From Eremomyces bilateralis CBS 781.70 (lineage: Eukaryota), in assembly GCA_010015585.1 (NCBI GenBank), contig ML975149.1: a DNA stretch of 64,000 bases; one strand, 5' to 3'. The position numbers were made by a program, and so were the translations under genes. A model generated the notes under the pieces. The model saw only the letters and a program-made list of their open reading frames with translations. It was not told the DNA's origin and made no database searches. Below are positions 37,625 to 49,202 of the stretch, piece after piece (the stretch's first letter is position 1; the number at the start of each line of letters is the position of its first letter).

Positions 37625-40600
37625 TCACCGTTTCAATCTCCGCTCCTCACACCCCACGCAAATCGGCTCCGTGCCATCACTCCTCACAAAAAACCGTCCA
37701 TCCGGAAAAGGCGCATTACACTCCTATATCCTCGTTAGCCAGCGACCTCCAGACGAAGACAGGAGTCGTCACATACCATGCAGCAGAAGCAATCGTTATG
37801 CCACTCCGCCCCCAGCGCGTTGATCACCATATCCGTCACCGGGCGCCGACACTTCCGACACTTCGTCGAGTACCGGTTCGTATGGCAGTTGACGCACCAC
37901 GCGTACCCATCTTTCTCCACGAACGGCGTCTTCGCGTCGAACGGCTATTCGAAACCCGTCAGCACACGTCCCCGTCGCGTTGTCGCTTGATTTTGGAGGG
38001 AAAAAAAAGGGGGAACTCACATCGCCGCACTCGGCGCAGAAAAAGTGCCCGACATGCCACTCTGCCCCACACGCCACCACCACCTCCCCCTCAATCGGCG
38101 TCTTGCAACTCTTGCACCGCGGACTGAACTTCTCATGAAAGTCCAAATGGCAATAAAACCGCGTCCCCTCGTCCCCATCGCGAGGATCCAGATCCAGGGC
38201 TTCCCCCCCATCCTCCTTCCCCTCCAAATCGCCGCGCTGATATCGCTCGATCCGCTCCTTCCGCGCTGCGTCCGGCTCAGGGTAGAACGCTACGCATTCG
38301 AGCAGCTCGCCGCAGGCGAAGCACGCGAAGCAGGGCGGGTGGAAGCGCGAGCCGCCGGCGGAGATTACGCGGCCAGAGATGGGAAGAGCACAGGTGGTGC
38401 AGAGGGCGGTGGTGGTGCGGAGGGGGCCGGCGGGAGTGATGTGGGTGGTGCGGGGTTGGGAGGAGCGGTGAGCGGAGGGGTTGGGGAGGGCGCGGGGGGA
38501 GGAGGAGGTGGAGATGGTGGGGGTGGGGTTGGGGGTGTCGTTAATGGCGATGGTGGGGATTGGGGGGTTGGAGATGGAAATGGAGGGGGTGTCGTTTACG
38601 GATATGGAGGGGATGGGAGGGGAGGAGATGGAGATGGAGGGAGTCTCGTTCACGCTGATGGTTGGGATAGGCCGGGTGGAGACTAGTGGTGGAGGAGTCC
38701 GATCCTCACTGATTGTCGGAATAGAGGGAGTGGAACTATTCACGGATATCCGAGGGAGGGGCCGAGGATTGGATGGAGTGCCACTGACAGCATCATCGAC
38801 TGCGATCCTAGGCGCAGTAGAACGAGACGCAGACGATGGGGCAGCCTCCGTCTTGCCGATTTCAGGGAGCGTGTTTGCTCTGGGAGGGCCTTGGAATCTC
38901 GCGGCGACTCCACGAACGGAGCCTTGATTGTTGCTCTGCCTTTCCACAGGACGGGTCCCAGCCGTTGGCAACGACCCTCTCCGTCCTGGGTCAGTGTTCG
39001 AGGACTGGTTTAATCGAGCAGCACGGCCAGTTGTGCCGCTGAGCGATTGTGCCTGATCATGGAAGGATGGCCTCGCATCGGTCGCGGTCTCTTTTTTCCT
39101 CGGAACAGTCGAAGGTTTCTCCTGTTGCACTTCGGGTTTCAGCTCGACGGTCTTCGGCTTCCAATCGTACTTGAAGCTGACAATGGGGCGGTTGGGGTTG
39201 TCGGAAACGAAGGACGGTGTTGGAAGGTTCGTGCTTCGGTCACTGAGTCGTTTTGACGTGGCCGCTCGGATGTCATCAGAGCGTTTTTCTAGCTCTTCCG
39301 GATCGGATGTAGGCTTGGGTTCTGGTGGAGCGTTTGTGATGCTACGTGAGATCGACTCAGAGGGCAAAACAGAAGTAGGGGGGCGTGATGATCTGGCGGT
39401 GGGAACAGGAGTTGAAGACTTGTCAGGGACCGGGGATGTTGTGGATTTTTGGGGCAGTGAATGTGTCGATTGGGTGATGGGAACAGGAGTGGAAGCCTTC
39501 TCAGGGTCTGGGGATGATCTGGTTGTTTGGGGCAGCGGCCGACTATCTTCGCTCTTAAGACCTCTCGCCCGCATGAATGGGTTCCGTCGAATCTGTATCG
39601 GGAGTTTCTTGCCGCTGTCCTCGACTTTCGGTGGCTTGTTTTCTTGCTGCCCGTTTCCCACCGAGTTACCCTTCGACTCATCTCTCATATGGCCGGAAAT
39701 CTTCCGCAACAGCGACGCCCCTTTCGACAGACTGCCGTTCGAATAGGTCCGTTTCTGGAGCCGCCCATGGTTTGGCAAGCTCAGTTCCGGAGCTTTGGCT
39801 GGTCCCCTCGGGGTGGTCTCGTCGCTCCATGATACTCGCTTCTTCCCTTCCTCGGGCGCTGGACGTGGAGGGGATTCGGGGATCTTCAGTGAGGAATCGC
39901 TGGGCACTCGGCTGCTTTGCCCGCTGTTCGTACCGCTGGTCATGCTCACGCTCGTGGCGGAGCTGGAGTCAAACACTTTAGGGTGGCCGGATCGGACGCT
40001 GCTGGCCCAGCTCTGATTGCGGACATGGCTGCCCTTTCGGAGATGTTCTCGATAGTTCCGCTTTTGAGTGGTTCCATACGAATACGGTGCGTTTGGGTTC
40101 GGATTTGGAGTCGGGTTCTGGTGCCTCCAGACCAGTTCACTTGCCTCGTCTTGAGCGTCCGCGTGGATCTTCTCCTCCTCCTTAAGGTCCATATCCTCCA
40201 ACGCAAGGCGAAGCGATCGTGCTTCAAGCTTTTCCATGAGTCGTTGGCCATTTTCGTGGTATGTTATCGCATCAACATCAGATGTTGGCAGGTCGTCGAT
40301 TTCGATGGGCTCAGGGGTGTCTGCTCCAGGTTGTCTTGCCAGCGGTCTTCCGGCATGGAAACTCGCGATGGAACGTGGGCGAGATTTTGATATGGAGTTG
40401 GAGGGTTGGAGAGCGGACTCTGAAGGGAGGTCCACGATTTGGTTGAGGTTGCCAACGATGATTTCGCTTTGTGGGCGAGAGATGCTTGGAGGTCGTGCAG
40501 GGGATCGTGATTGTGACCGGATAGAGCCGAAGTGGGAAGGAGGTGGTCGAGAACCGTTTGGACGGGGAATGGGATTGCTACGGAGTTCGGATAAGTAGAC

Positions 40601-40761
40601 ACCTACAACAATAATTATTCATCAGTATGACGCTGAAGGTATTCACTATGATGCGCCTGTGTATTTCACCAGCGGGATATTCACGTACCAACTTGTTTGG
40701 CAGACATATATGAAGGCCCTGGATGGCCTGGAGGAGGCGATTTGCTCCTGAATGTATTCAT
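37625..40761 (-). CDS. LIM-domain protein (long disordered N-terminus, three C-terminal LIM zinc fingers), 4 exons
   Basis: C..C..PISG..FHPPCFAC..C; FYCHLDFHE..PRCKSC..WHVGHFFCAEC; CRKC..WH..CFCC; introns 40603-40688, about 37945-38020, about 37724-37776. Confidence 0.92.
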
Positions 40762-41622
40762 AACGTCCAATGAAATGATATCAAACGGTCATACTCTTAA
40801 GAAACGTTGATTTAAATGATTTAAAAGTGCAACGAGAGGACGATGAGGATGCGATGTGTGCATCTCATTGATTTTATCCATTCTCAAGTGGAGCCATGAT
40901 ATGATAGTCAGGGCGTATTTTGTTTACAGTTGGGCGATTGCCGTAGCAACGTACCACTGTGTGACTCACCGCTCCGAAACGGTGAAAATGATCCTCACGA
41001 AAGCGACCAGAGTGCTATTCTTATGTTATCTCATATTAATAAGGTCTGCAGATGCAATACCTATGCTTCAAATCCGAGGGGAACAAACAGCAAATCCTCG
41101 TGTCTTCAACTTTGTCTGATGGAGCCACAGCATGGATGATGGAGGAGCGCCAGCCAATCGACGCTAATCCTAATAAGGTTAGACAGAGCAATCGACTGAT
41201 TTTGAACGGAATCTTTACATAATTACAGTGATAAGTAATTGTCATCTTCAATTCCTTCAAGGCATATTACTACCTGCTAAGAACAACAGCGTACAATGAC
41301 CCTGATGAAGCATTTAACCATACTTACGGAGTAGTGGTAATGTCATTATGGTTCCGAACTACCCTCTTCATAGTGACGGGATCTCCACTCCTGTAGTAGC
41401 TACGGGCAGTTACTGACTTAACTATTCCGTACTGGCCCGCGCCAACTGCTCCGATCGAGCTTGAGATAAGAGAAAGTGCAGTGGGTTGGTCTCGTATTCA
41501 GTATCTTTATATTGCCGTGTAATCGGCTCTCGACACATCCTGATCTTTTCACGGCTTTTCCAAGTCTCACTTAATATAAGTCTCGCTCACAATTATTTAT
41601 CCCGAACCGCTCTTATTCAACC

Positions 41623-42732
41623 ATGACTCTCGTTATCGATCCTCCGCTCCTCAACTCCGCTTGTCCGTGGGCGACCACAGAAGCAGACCTTCAAGGACTC
41701 TATGATTGCCCGCATACTGGAGCGATCACCATTCGTACATCACGTCTAGATGGCTTCGCTAATGATCCGAGCATTCATCAATATGCTTTCTTCAACCCCT
41801 CGTCTCAAACCGCCTCTGCGGATCCATCGGCTCCCGCGCCCGGAGCGGATGCCAGTATGAATTCACTCGGATACAGCCCTATCAAGCTAGAGGAATACTT
41901 GGGCTACATTAAGAATATTGCATCGAAATCCAAGCCGCAGACCCAAGGCGGTTCCGCAAACGAAACGGATCCCAAGCTGCAACCGATCATCATCTCGGTC
42001 ACCGGCACTCCTGAGCAGGTTACCGAATGTTATCGCCAAATCACCGCCCTCCAGAAGGAGGTGGAGATTCCGCTCGCCATGGAAATCAACCTCTCGTGCC
42101 CCAATATCCTCAACATGCCCCTTCCCGGGTACTCGAGCGAGTCGCTGTCGACATTCCTCACCGCACTGGCCTACGAGCTGGAGAGGCAGCGTCGCCACCG
42201 AAAACCCGCCGGATCTGCCCGCTCCTCGGGCTCAGCGAGCTCGTTCCAGACGACGGGCGACAATGTTGCGGGGTGGAGACGGGCGGTCCCGATCGGTCTC
42301 AAGATGCCGCCCTACACGTATGCTGGACAATTCGAGCAAATGATCGCGGCATTGGCGATTTCGACGTCGCTTGCGTCACCTTGTCCGATCGCCTTTCTCA
42401 CCGCGACAAATACCCTGGGATCATGCCTCGTCCTCTCGGAGCATCAGGACGGAAAGCCGTTCACGCCGGTATTGAATACAACCTCGCAAGCGGGGATTGG
42501 AGGGATGGCTGGCGCGCCACTCCATCCGCTTGCGCTCGGGAATGTCAAGATGCTGAGAGAGCTACTTGATACAAATCCCGACCTTGCTCATATCATGATC
42601 ATTGGTGTGGGCGGGGTGTCGGATCGAGCAGGGTTCGAACGGATGAGACATGTTGGCGCTGGGGCGGTTGGTCTTGCATCGGCTTTGGGTCGAAAGGGCA
42701 TCACGGTCTTTAAGGAGATCCTGGAAGGGTAA
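41623..42732 (+). CDS. Class-1A dihydroorotate dehydrogenase-like FMN enzyme, probably dihydrouracil oxidase
   Basis: PPLLNSACPWAT, MNSLGYS, IISVTG, EINLSCPNI (active-site Cys), GLKMPPY, TATNTLG, GGMAG..LHPLALGNV, IIGVGGV; intronless. Confidence 0.88.
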   Translation: MTLVIDPPLLNSACPWATTEADLQGLYDCPHTGAITIRTSRLDGFANDPSIHQYAFFNPSSQTASADPSAPAPGADASMNSLGYSPIKLEEYLGYIKNIASKSKPQTQGGSANETDPKLQPIIISVTGTPEQVTECYRQITALQKEVEIPLAMEINLSCPNILNMPLPGYSSESLSTFLTALAYELERQRRHRKPAGSARSSGSASSFQTTGDNVAGWRRAVPIGLKMPPYTYAGQFEQMIAALAISTSLASPCPIAFLTATNTLGSCLVLSEHQDGKPFTPVLNTTSQAGIGGMAGAPLHPLALGNVKMLRELLDTNPDLAHIMIIGVGGVSDRAGFERMRHVGAGAVGLASALGRKGITVFKEILEG

Positions 42733-42999
42733 ATGTCAAGGCTTCACTGAAAATCATCAACTTGAATCTGGATAATTCCACCATCGAATGTAACGTTCAT
42801 TATTATTGATCCTTCTATATTCCGTCCAGCTTCGCAGATAAGATGAGATGTTGCCGAGCACGTGCAACACCACCATGCCCCACATATTCAACATCGCTGC
42901 CCTGTGATTGGCCCGAAAAGTTTTAGAATATCAGTGAACAGAATCGTGGAAAATTTCCCCAAAACCCTTTACCGCCCTAGATCCAAGCAAATCGCAAAA

Positions 43000-45210
43000 A
43001 TGGCCGGAGTGAAGAGAAAAGTAGCTGCGGAAGCGCCGAGCGCCAAATCGACGAAAAAGCCGAAGAACGGGACCGTCGCCAAGAGCGAGAAGGCCGTGAA
43101 GAAGCCGCATGAATTGGACGACGACATCGTCGAGTCGGATACCACCGAGGAAGAGAATGGGTTCTACGGGTTCTCCGCCAGTGAGGATGGCGATCCGATG
43201 GAGGGCGTGACCGAAGAGCGGAGGCAGAATATCGCTGAGGGTAAGAAGGCCTTCAGGAAGGCGCCAAATGCGTGGAACGGACAGGCAGGGAAGCCGGGCA
43301 CTGGTAAGCATTCTGTTCGTTGAAATGATATGGGACAGTAATTAACAAACCAGTCCATTCCGAGTCATCCAAGGAAGCCCACGCGAAACAAAAGGCCCTC
43401 GCACGGGAACGCAAAGCCGCGAAGCCCAACGCCGACTCGATCCAGCGCGCCAAGAAGCTGTGGGAGCGGCTCCGACGCCAATCGCACGTCCCCAAGGAAG
43501 AGCGGAAAGCGCTGGTCGAAGAGCTGTTCGGCATCATCACCGGGCGGATGAAGGAGTTCGTCTTCAAGCACGATTCCGTGCGCGTCATCCAATGTGCGCT
43601 GAAATATGCGAGCAAGGAGCAGCGGCAGTTGATCGCGGATGAGTTGAAGGGGTACTACAAGGCGCTGGCGGAGTCGCGATATGCGAAGTTTTTGGTGGCG
43701 AAGTTGATTGTCGAAGGGTGAGTGCCATATAAGATTTTCCAGCGAATAGACGACTGATGTTTTCAACAGAGACAGCAACATCCGCGAGACGATCATATCC
43801 GAGTTTTACGGTCACGTTCGCCAGATGATCAACCATTCCGAAGCGTCCTGGATCCTCGACGACGTCTACCGCGGGGCCGCCAACTCGAAGCAAAAAGCCT
43901 TGCTCCTCCGCGAGTGGTACGGCGCCGAATTCGCCCTCTTCAAACACAAAGATGGCGACGCGGCGCCCACCGCCGACCTCGCCAATATCCTTGCCGCCTC
44001 CCCCGACAAGCGTAAACCCATCATGCAATCCCTCTTCCACCTCATCAACCAGCTCCTCCAGAAGCAAATGACCGGCTTCACTATGCTCCACGATGCCATG
44101 CTGCAATACCTCCTCGCCCTCCCCCCGGCCTCCGCCGAGCTCACCGAATTCATTGCCCTCCTCCGCCCCAACCCCCCCGCCAAAAAGGACCCCGCCCCCG
44201 ACGATGGCGCCGACGACGCCGAGCTCAACCTCCTCAAAAACCTCGCCTTCACTCCGTCCGGATCTCGCGTCTACGCCCTCATCCTCGCACGCTCCGCCGC
44301 CGCCGACCGCCGCCACCTCCTCAAGCCCTTCAAAGGCATCGTCGCCTCCATGGCCCTCGACCCCGCCGCCCACCGCGTCCTCCTCGCCGCCTGCACTGTC
44401 GTCGACGATACCAAGCTCCTCAACACCCTCATCTTCGCCGAGCTGCTCGGCAAATCGCCCACCGACGAGTCGGTGCCCACCACCGTCCTCGAGCTGGCCA
44501 CCCACGAATTCGGCCGCATCCCGCTGCTCTACCCGCTCGCCGGCACCGCCGGCTGGTTCCTCCCGAAGCCCGACGCCGAGCTCGTCGCCGAATGCGTCGC
44601 CGCGAGCGCGGACACCAGCAAGAAGGACGGCGCGGTGCGGCGCGCCGAACTGGTGACCGCAATCTCGCCGTTCTTGCTGGCCACGGTCGAAGCAAAGGCG
44701 GCGGAGCTCGTGGCGTCGAGCTACGGGTGCCAATGCGTGCTGGAGACGCTGCTGTCCGCGACGGGGGAGAAGCGCGGCGCGGCGGACGCGGTGGCGGCTC
44801 TGTGCGCGGGGGATCCGAGTGCGGAGGGGCATTTGGTGAAGACGACGCATGGGAGTCGGATGGTGAAGACGTTGGTGCATGGGGGGATGTACGACAAGGC
44901 GGCAGGGAAGGTGGTGGTGAAGGATGCGGAGCTGGGGTTCGCGGAGCGGTTGTGGAAGACGATCAAGGATCATGTGGTGGAGTGGGCCGGTGGAGAGGGG
45001 GCGTTTGTGGTGGTGGCGATGGTGGAGACGCAGAGATGGAAGGGGAGGGAGCAGTTAGTGAAGGCATTGAAGGGGAAGAAGAAGGAGTTGGAGAAGAAGT
45101 CGAAGAAGGAATCGGAAGGGGTGAAGAAGGGGAAGAAGGGGGAAAAGGCGGAGGTGAAGGAAGGGAACGCGGGCACGAGGCTTTTGTTGGAGCGGTTGGA
45201 TGCGAAATAA
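43000..45210 (+). CDS. PUF6: Pumilio-homology domain protein Puf6 (with CPL domain), 3 exons
   Basis: SSKEAHAKQKALA.ERKAAKPNAD..RAKKLWERLR; FVFKHDSVRVIQCALKY; LAESRYAKFLVAKL; LLREWYG.EF; introns 43304-43353 and 43718-43769. Confidence 0.93.
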
Positions 45211-45481
45211 GAGCCCAGTGTGGCGTAGAATGTCACTATGCAATGGAATGGAGTTTGACTTTTAGTTGCGATTTACTGTTACCTTACATATCGTATCGAA
45301 GTTCTGATTAAGACATGCTTGTTACCCTTTCTTAGGCATCCATTCCATTGAGAGACCCCTCTTTGTATCGTTCCCGCTCATATCCTTCACCATGAGGATC
45401 ATACCATGCCCTCTCCACATTGTCGACCAAGCTTTCGGCTAAGCTGATCTAACACTGCCGTTTCATACGGTGACCGGCCTA

Positions 45482-47596
45482 TCATGGGCCCGCAACCCCC
45501 CTCCTTGCATTGTCGCGTCCCTCACGAATCAGCTCATCAATCGCACTCTCATCCAGCATCGGCGCGACCGTTCCTTGCGTGGCCGGACGCTGGTCACATC
45601 CCGGCGACCAGCTCGAGGCACCCAACCCAGCGGGCACCGACCCTCGCGGTTTGAAGCGGTCCGAGGAGCGTAGAACCGCAGGATCTAGCATCCGATCGCG
45701 AGACGTGTAGCGGTCCGAGGCGTGAGGGACAGTTGGAGAGCTCGTGCCGCTGAAAGGGCTCGAGAGTCGGCCATCCCGGCGCTCGGGTGGGTCGAACAAG
45801 GAACTGCGGGCGGACTGGATCCGTCCTTCACGAGGGGAGGCACTGCGGTCTCGGGCGTTGTTGGGACGGCTCCGGAAGACGAGCTCGGTATTGCGCTTGC
45901 CGGGAGGCGTGCGGGATCGATAGTGGGAAGCCGGCGCGGTTGGGGGGGGGGCCTTAAAAGCACCCTTCGGGGATGGACCATCCGTGGCACGGATTGAGTT
46001 GAAGTAGTCCAGGACCATGTCGCAACATTTCACAAGTATCTGTGCGGCCGGTTGGCCGCAGAATTTTGGATCATGGGTTGGGTTGTGGGGACCGTGGATA
46101 CGCACATCATACAACTTCGTGAAGTTCGTTAGATCACGTTTGTAGTTGTGAACGAGGCCGAAACCCGAGGGGCCTTTCGGGATCGCGTTGAGAAGGTTGC
46201 TCTTCCAAGCATGGGTGTTGGCTTGTTGAACCTGCAATCGTGTTAGCGAGTGTGCTCGCAGGTCTTCAAAGATGTGTGCTCGTGGCGTCCAGCGGAGCAG
46301 TTCGGGATAACATGGTCAAGGTCTTCATTAGGGGAGGGCACTCACATCGAGCCTGTGCTTCTTTCCCTGCAGCGTATGGGAAGTGTCAATTGACATCATC
46401 ACCTCCCAAAGCAATCCGACGCTTTGTACCAGATTGCAAATGGCAGCCTTGTTGGAGACTTGGTCCTGAATCGCCTTCGTCCGAGTCTCAGCTAATGCCG
46501 AGCGGATACTAGAAACTTCGCTTCCAGTCACGCTCATGGGCAGACGAGCGGTGCCAATATCGGCCAGGTCCTCTCGTGGAGTAGTAATATCCTTCAAGGC
46601 CTGGCGGATTGCAGGATCAGATTCATGCTCTCCTACAGCGATTATCGGCTTGCTAGGAACATGCAGCCAATTCAGCCTGCCTTCAAAATCCCCCAGCTTC
46701 TTCTTGAGAGAATCGCACCGAGCCTCAAGATTGTGAATCTTGTTTTTAAAAAGGCCATGTTCGCTGCCGTAACATGCTGGGTAATTGCCGCTGGTGTCAC
46801 CGCGAAGCTCAAGACCCTGCGTCTTGCGCCAAAGCTGCGTACAGTCTCCCTCGACTGTATAGAGACGATCGGCTAAATCCTTCACCTTGTTACATACCCA
46901 GTCCCCGTCCTTCCTCAGAAGGCGTAAGTCGTGGGTAAATTCCTCTTTCAGTTTCCGCATGTCGTTCATCATCTGACCGTTTTCCCGCTCAAGGGCGGCA
47001 ACTCGTTCAGCCATCTCCTTCATCATTCGATTGACAGTATCGGTGGAGAGCAAGGAGAGGCGGTCATTATTCGCCTTCTTTGGGGAACCGAACAGGGTCA
47101 TCGATGTCTGGGCCTTGGATGGCCCCTCGAGGAGTGCTCTCGCTTTTTGTTCGTTCACTGCCATAGCAGGGCTCGACGGAGTCCTCTCCATGCCATTTTC
47201 CATGGCCTGGATTCGCGTGGAGTGGGAGGCAACGCTGCGCAGGGTGCGCTCATTACTGTCTTTCAGCGCTTTCACCACCGTGGAAGTGGACTCAAACGCT
47301 TTGACAATGCTGTCCTGCGCTTCCTGGATTTTATGGATTGCCTCCCACATCCCTGTGAGATCTCCGGAGTTTCCATTGATTCCGGCGTTCTCACCCTGGG
47401 TTGGAGGGTTCTGGAAAGGAGGGAAGCCCTGGGAAACGGTTAGTGATCAGTTGATGTTGGACATTGGGCCTCTGTCCACTCTCACAGTGAAGGGCATCCC
47501 GCCAAATGGACTCATAGAGGCACCATGCATTGCCATTGCCATGAATGGGTTGTTGGTGCCATCCCACCCGCAACTATTATCACTGGGAGGATCCAT
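45482..47596 (-). CDS. Hypothetical coiled-coil protein, 3 exons
   Basis: ATG at 47596; introns about 47429-47488 and 46233-46344 join in frame to the 340-aa and 251-aa ORFs; heptad-like segments. Confidence 0.7.
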
Positions 47597-48194
47597 GTGG
47601 ATCTCTCAACTAGACGGGTCAGTTACTTTGGAGTTGGTGCTCGTGGCTTGGGTTGACTGAGAAAACGATATGGATGATAGTAGAGAGAGAAGAGGGGAGG
47701 AGAGAGAAGAGTTGGAGAGACAGCGGATGAAAGTGAAGAAGAGCATGGGAGGAAGGTGCAAGTGAAAGAATATCGGTGTGGAAGTGACAGAATCTGATCG
47801 GGAAAGTGCAGTGAATCGCGGCTTCTTGCGCTGATGAACAAAATGAATGAAACGCGTATGCATCTGACAGGGAAAACACGTGAAATCCGTTGACACGTAT
47901 AGACTATAGTAGACTGGGTACATGTCCGAGTATAGGATCTCGATGAAAGTCTATCACGTTTAGTTGATTCGATAAGGAATTGCCAAGGACTGATTCCTGA
48001 TTCCTGATTGATGGTAGATGATAGATGATTGCTCCTTAGAAACCTCTCGCAGTGATCCCTCTGAGCGATCCCTCTTCTCGATTCCGGGTATAGAGAAGGA
48101 ATAATACCGTACTGACCGGGTATGGACCTCATCCCTTCGTAGAAACAATCCCGTAGAACGCCATAACCCATCCCCGTCTCTCGTGATGCAGATA

Positions 48195-48890
48195 TCAATC
48201 AAGTCTCCTCCTCACTTCCCGCTCCGGCTCCCCTCCCAGCCCAGTCACCGCCTCCGTGACCAATCTCCGCAACTCCGCCTGTCCCTCCTCGCTCTGGAAA
48301 TCCTCCCTCGCCGCCAGCTCTTCGATCCGCCGACGGAACTCCGGGTCGGGGGAGAGCTCCTCCGGCTGCTCTGCCTCCATGGACATATTAACCTGCATCC
48401 CCTCCGGCAGCGGCGGTGGTCGATTCAACACCGACCCCTCCGTCCCCGCCAGTGTCTCCACGCCGACCCCCTCCTCCGCCTCCGTCACCCGCGTCTCCCT
48501 GCCCGACGCGCCCGATTCCCTGCTCTTCAACCACACCGCCAGCTCAGGAAACTCCCCTTCCTCCTCGATCCTCTCCCGCGCCGTCCGGCCCTCCTCGTTC
48601 ACCCAGTCGGTCCGCGCGCCCAGCTCCTCCACCAAACACCGCGCGACGCGCAGCTCCTCGACGGCGAACAACGGCGTCTCCTGGTCGGGGTCGGCGATGT
48701 CGGGGCTCACGTGGTATTGGGTCGCGAGGGTGCGGAGGAGGTCCACGTGCCCGTATGATGCGGCGGCGTGCATTAAGGTGTAGCCGTTCGCGTCGGCGGC
48801 GGCAGCGAGGTCGGGGTAGGTGGAGAGGTGGGAAAGGACTTTGTCGGGGTGTTGGGGGACGAGGTTGAGGAGGACATCGATGGGCGCCAT
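48195..48890 (-). CDS. Ankyrin-repeat protein (YCR051W-like)
   Basis: DANGYTLMHAAASYGHVDLLR, DPDQETPLF.VE..VARCLVEELGA, PDPEFRRRIEELA. Confidence 0.88.
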   Translation of the reverse strand: MAPIDVLLNLVPQHPDKVLSHLSTYPDLAAAADANGYTLMHAAASYGHVDLLRTLATQYHVSPDIADPDQETPLFAVEELRVARCLVEELGARTDWVNEEGRTARERIEEEGEFPELAVWLKSRESGASGRETRVTEAEEGVGVETLAGTEGSVLNRPPPLPEGMQVNMSMEAEQPEELSPDPEFRRRIEELAAREDFQSEEGQAELRRLVTEAVTGLGGEPEREVRRRLD

Positions 48891-49202
48891 TTCGAAGGGT
48901 GGGAAGAGAGATATAGGATACTGGTCAACAGCATGGACGATGGGTCATGATTTCAACTGATTTTGGTGTACGTTTGGTGACGCGATGGGAAATTTCTTGT
49001 GGAGCCGATGTCTGGATGTTGGTCTGGCTCGGCTTGCCGAACCAAATTGTCGGCCCGAGAGCAACGGCAGGGATCGCTGAACTCACTTACCACTCAGAAC
49101 TGTTGGATAACTCATATCACTTAAATACCAGCATATATGCGCGAAGAAGAAGCAATGATTTCATATCTTATCCCCCTATCTGTGAAACCCATGGCAAATC
49201 CA

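Noticed and set aside
42747..42790. ctgaaa..aacttgaatctggataattcca after the DHODH-like stop resembles the fungal TPP riboswitch core
   Set aside because: Lacks CTGAGA, the P2 ATAC strand and the essential GCG after P5, and is not in an intron; an Rfam RF00059 scan would settle it
43585..44973. 462-aa antisense ORF over PUF6, and similar shadow ORFs at 38045-38927, 47031-47660 and 54667-55320
   Set aside because: By-products of high GC3 codon bias; no protein-like motifs
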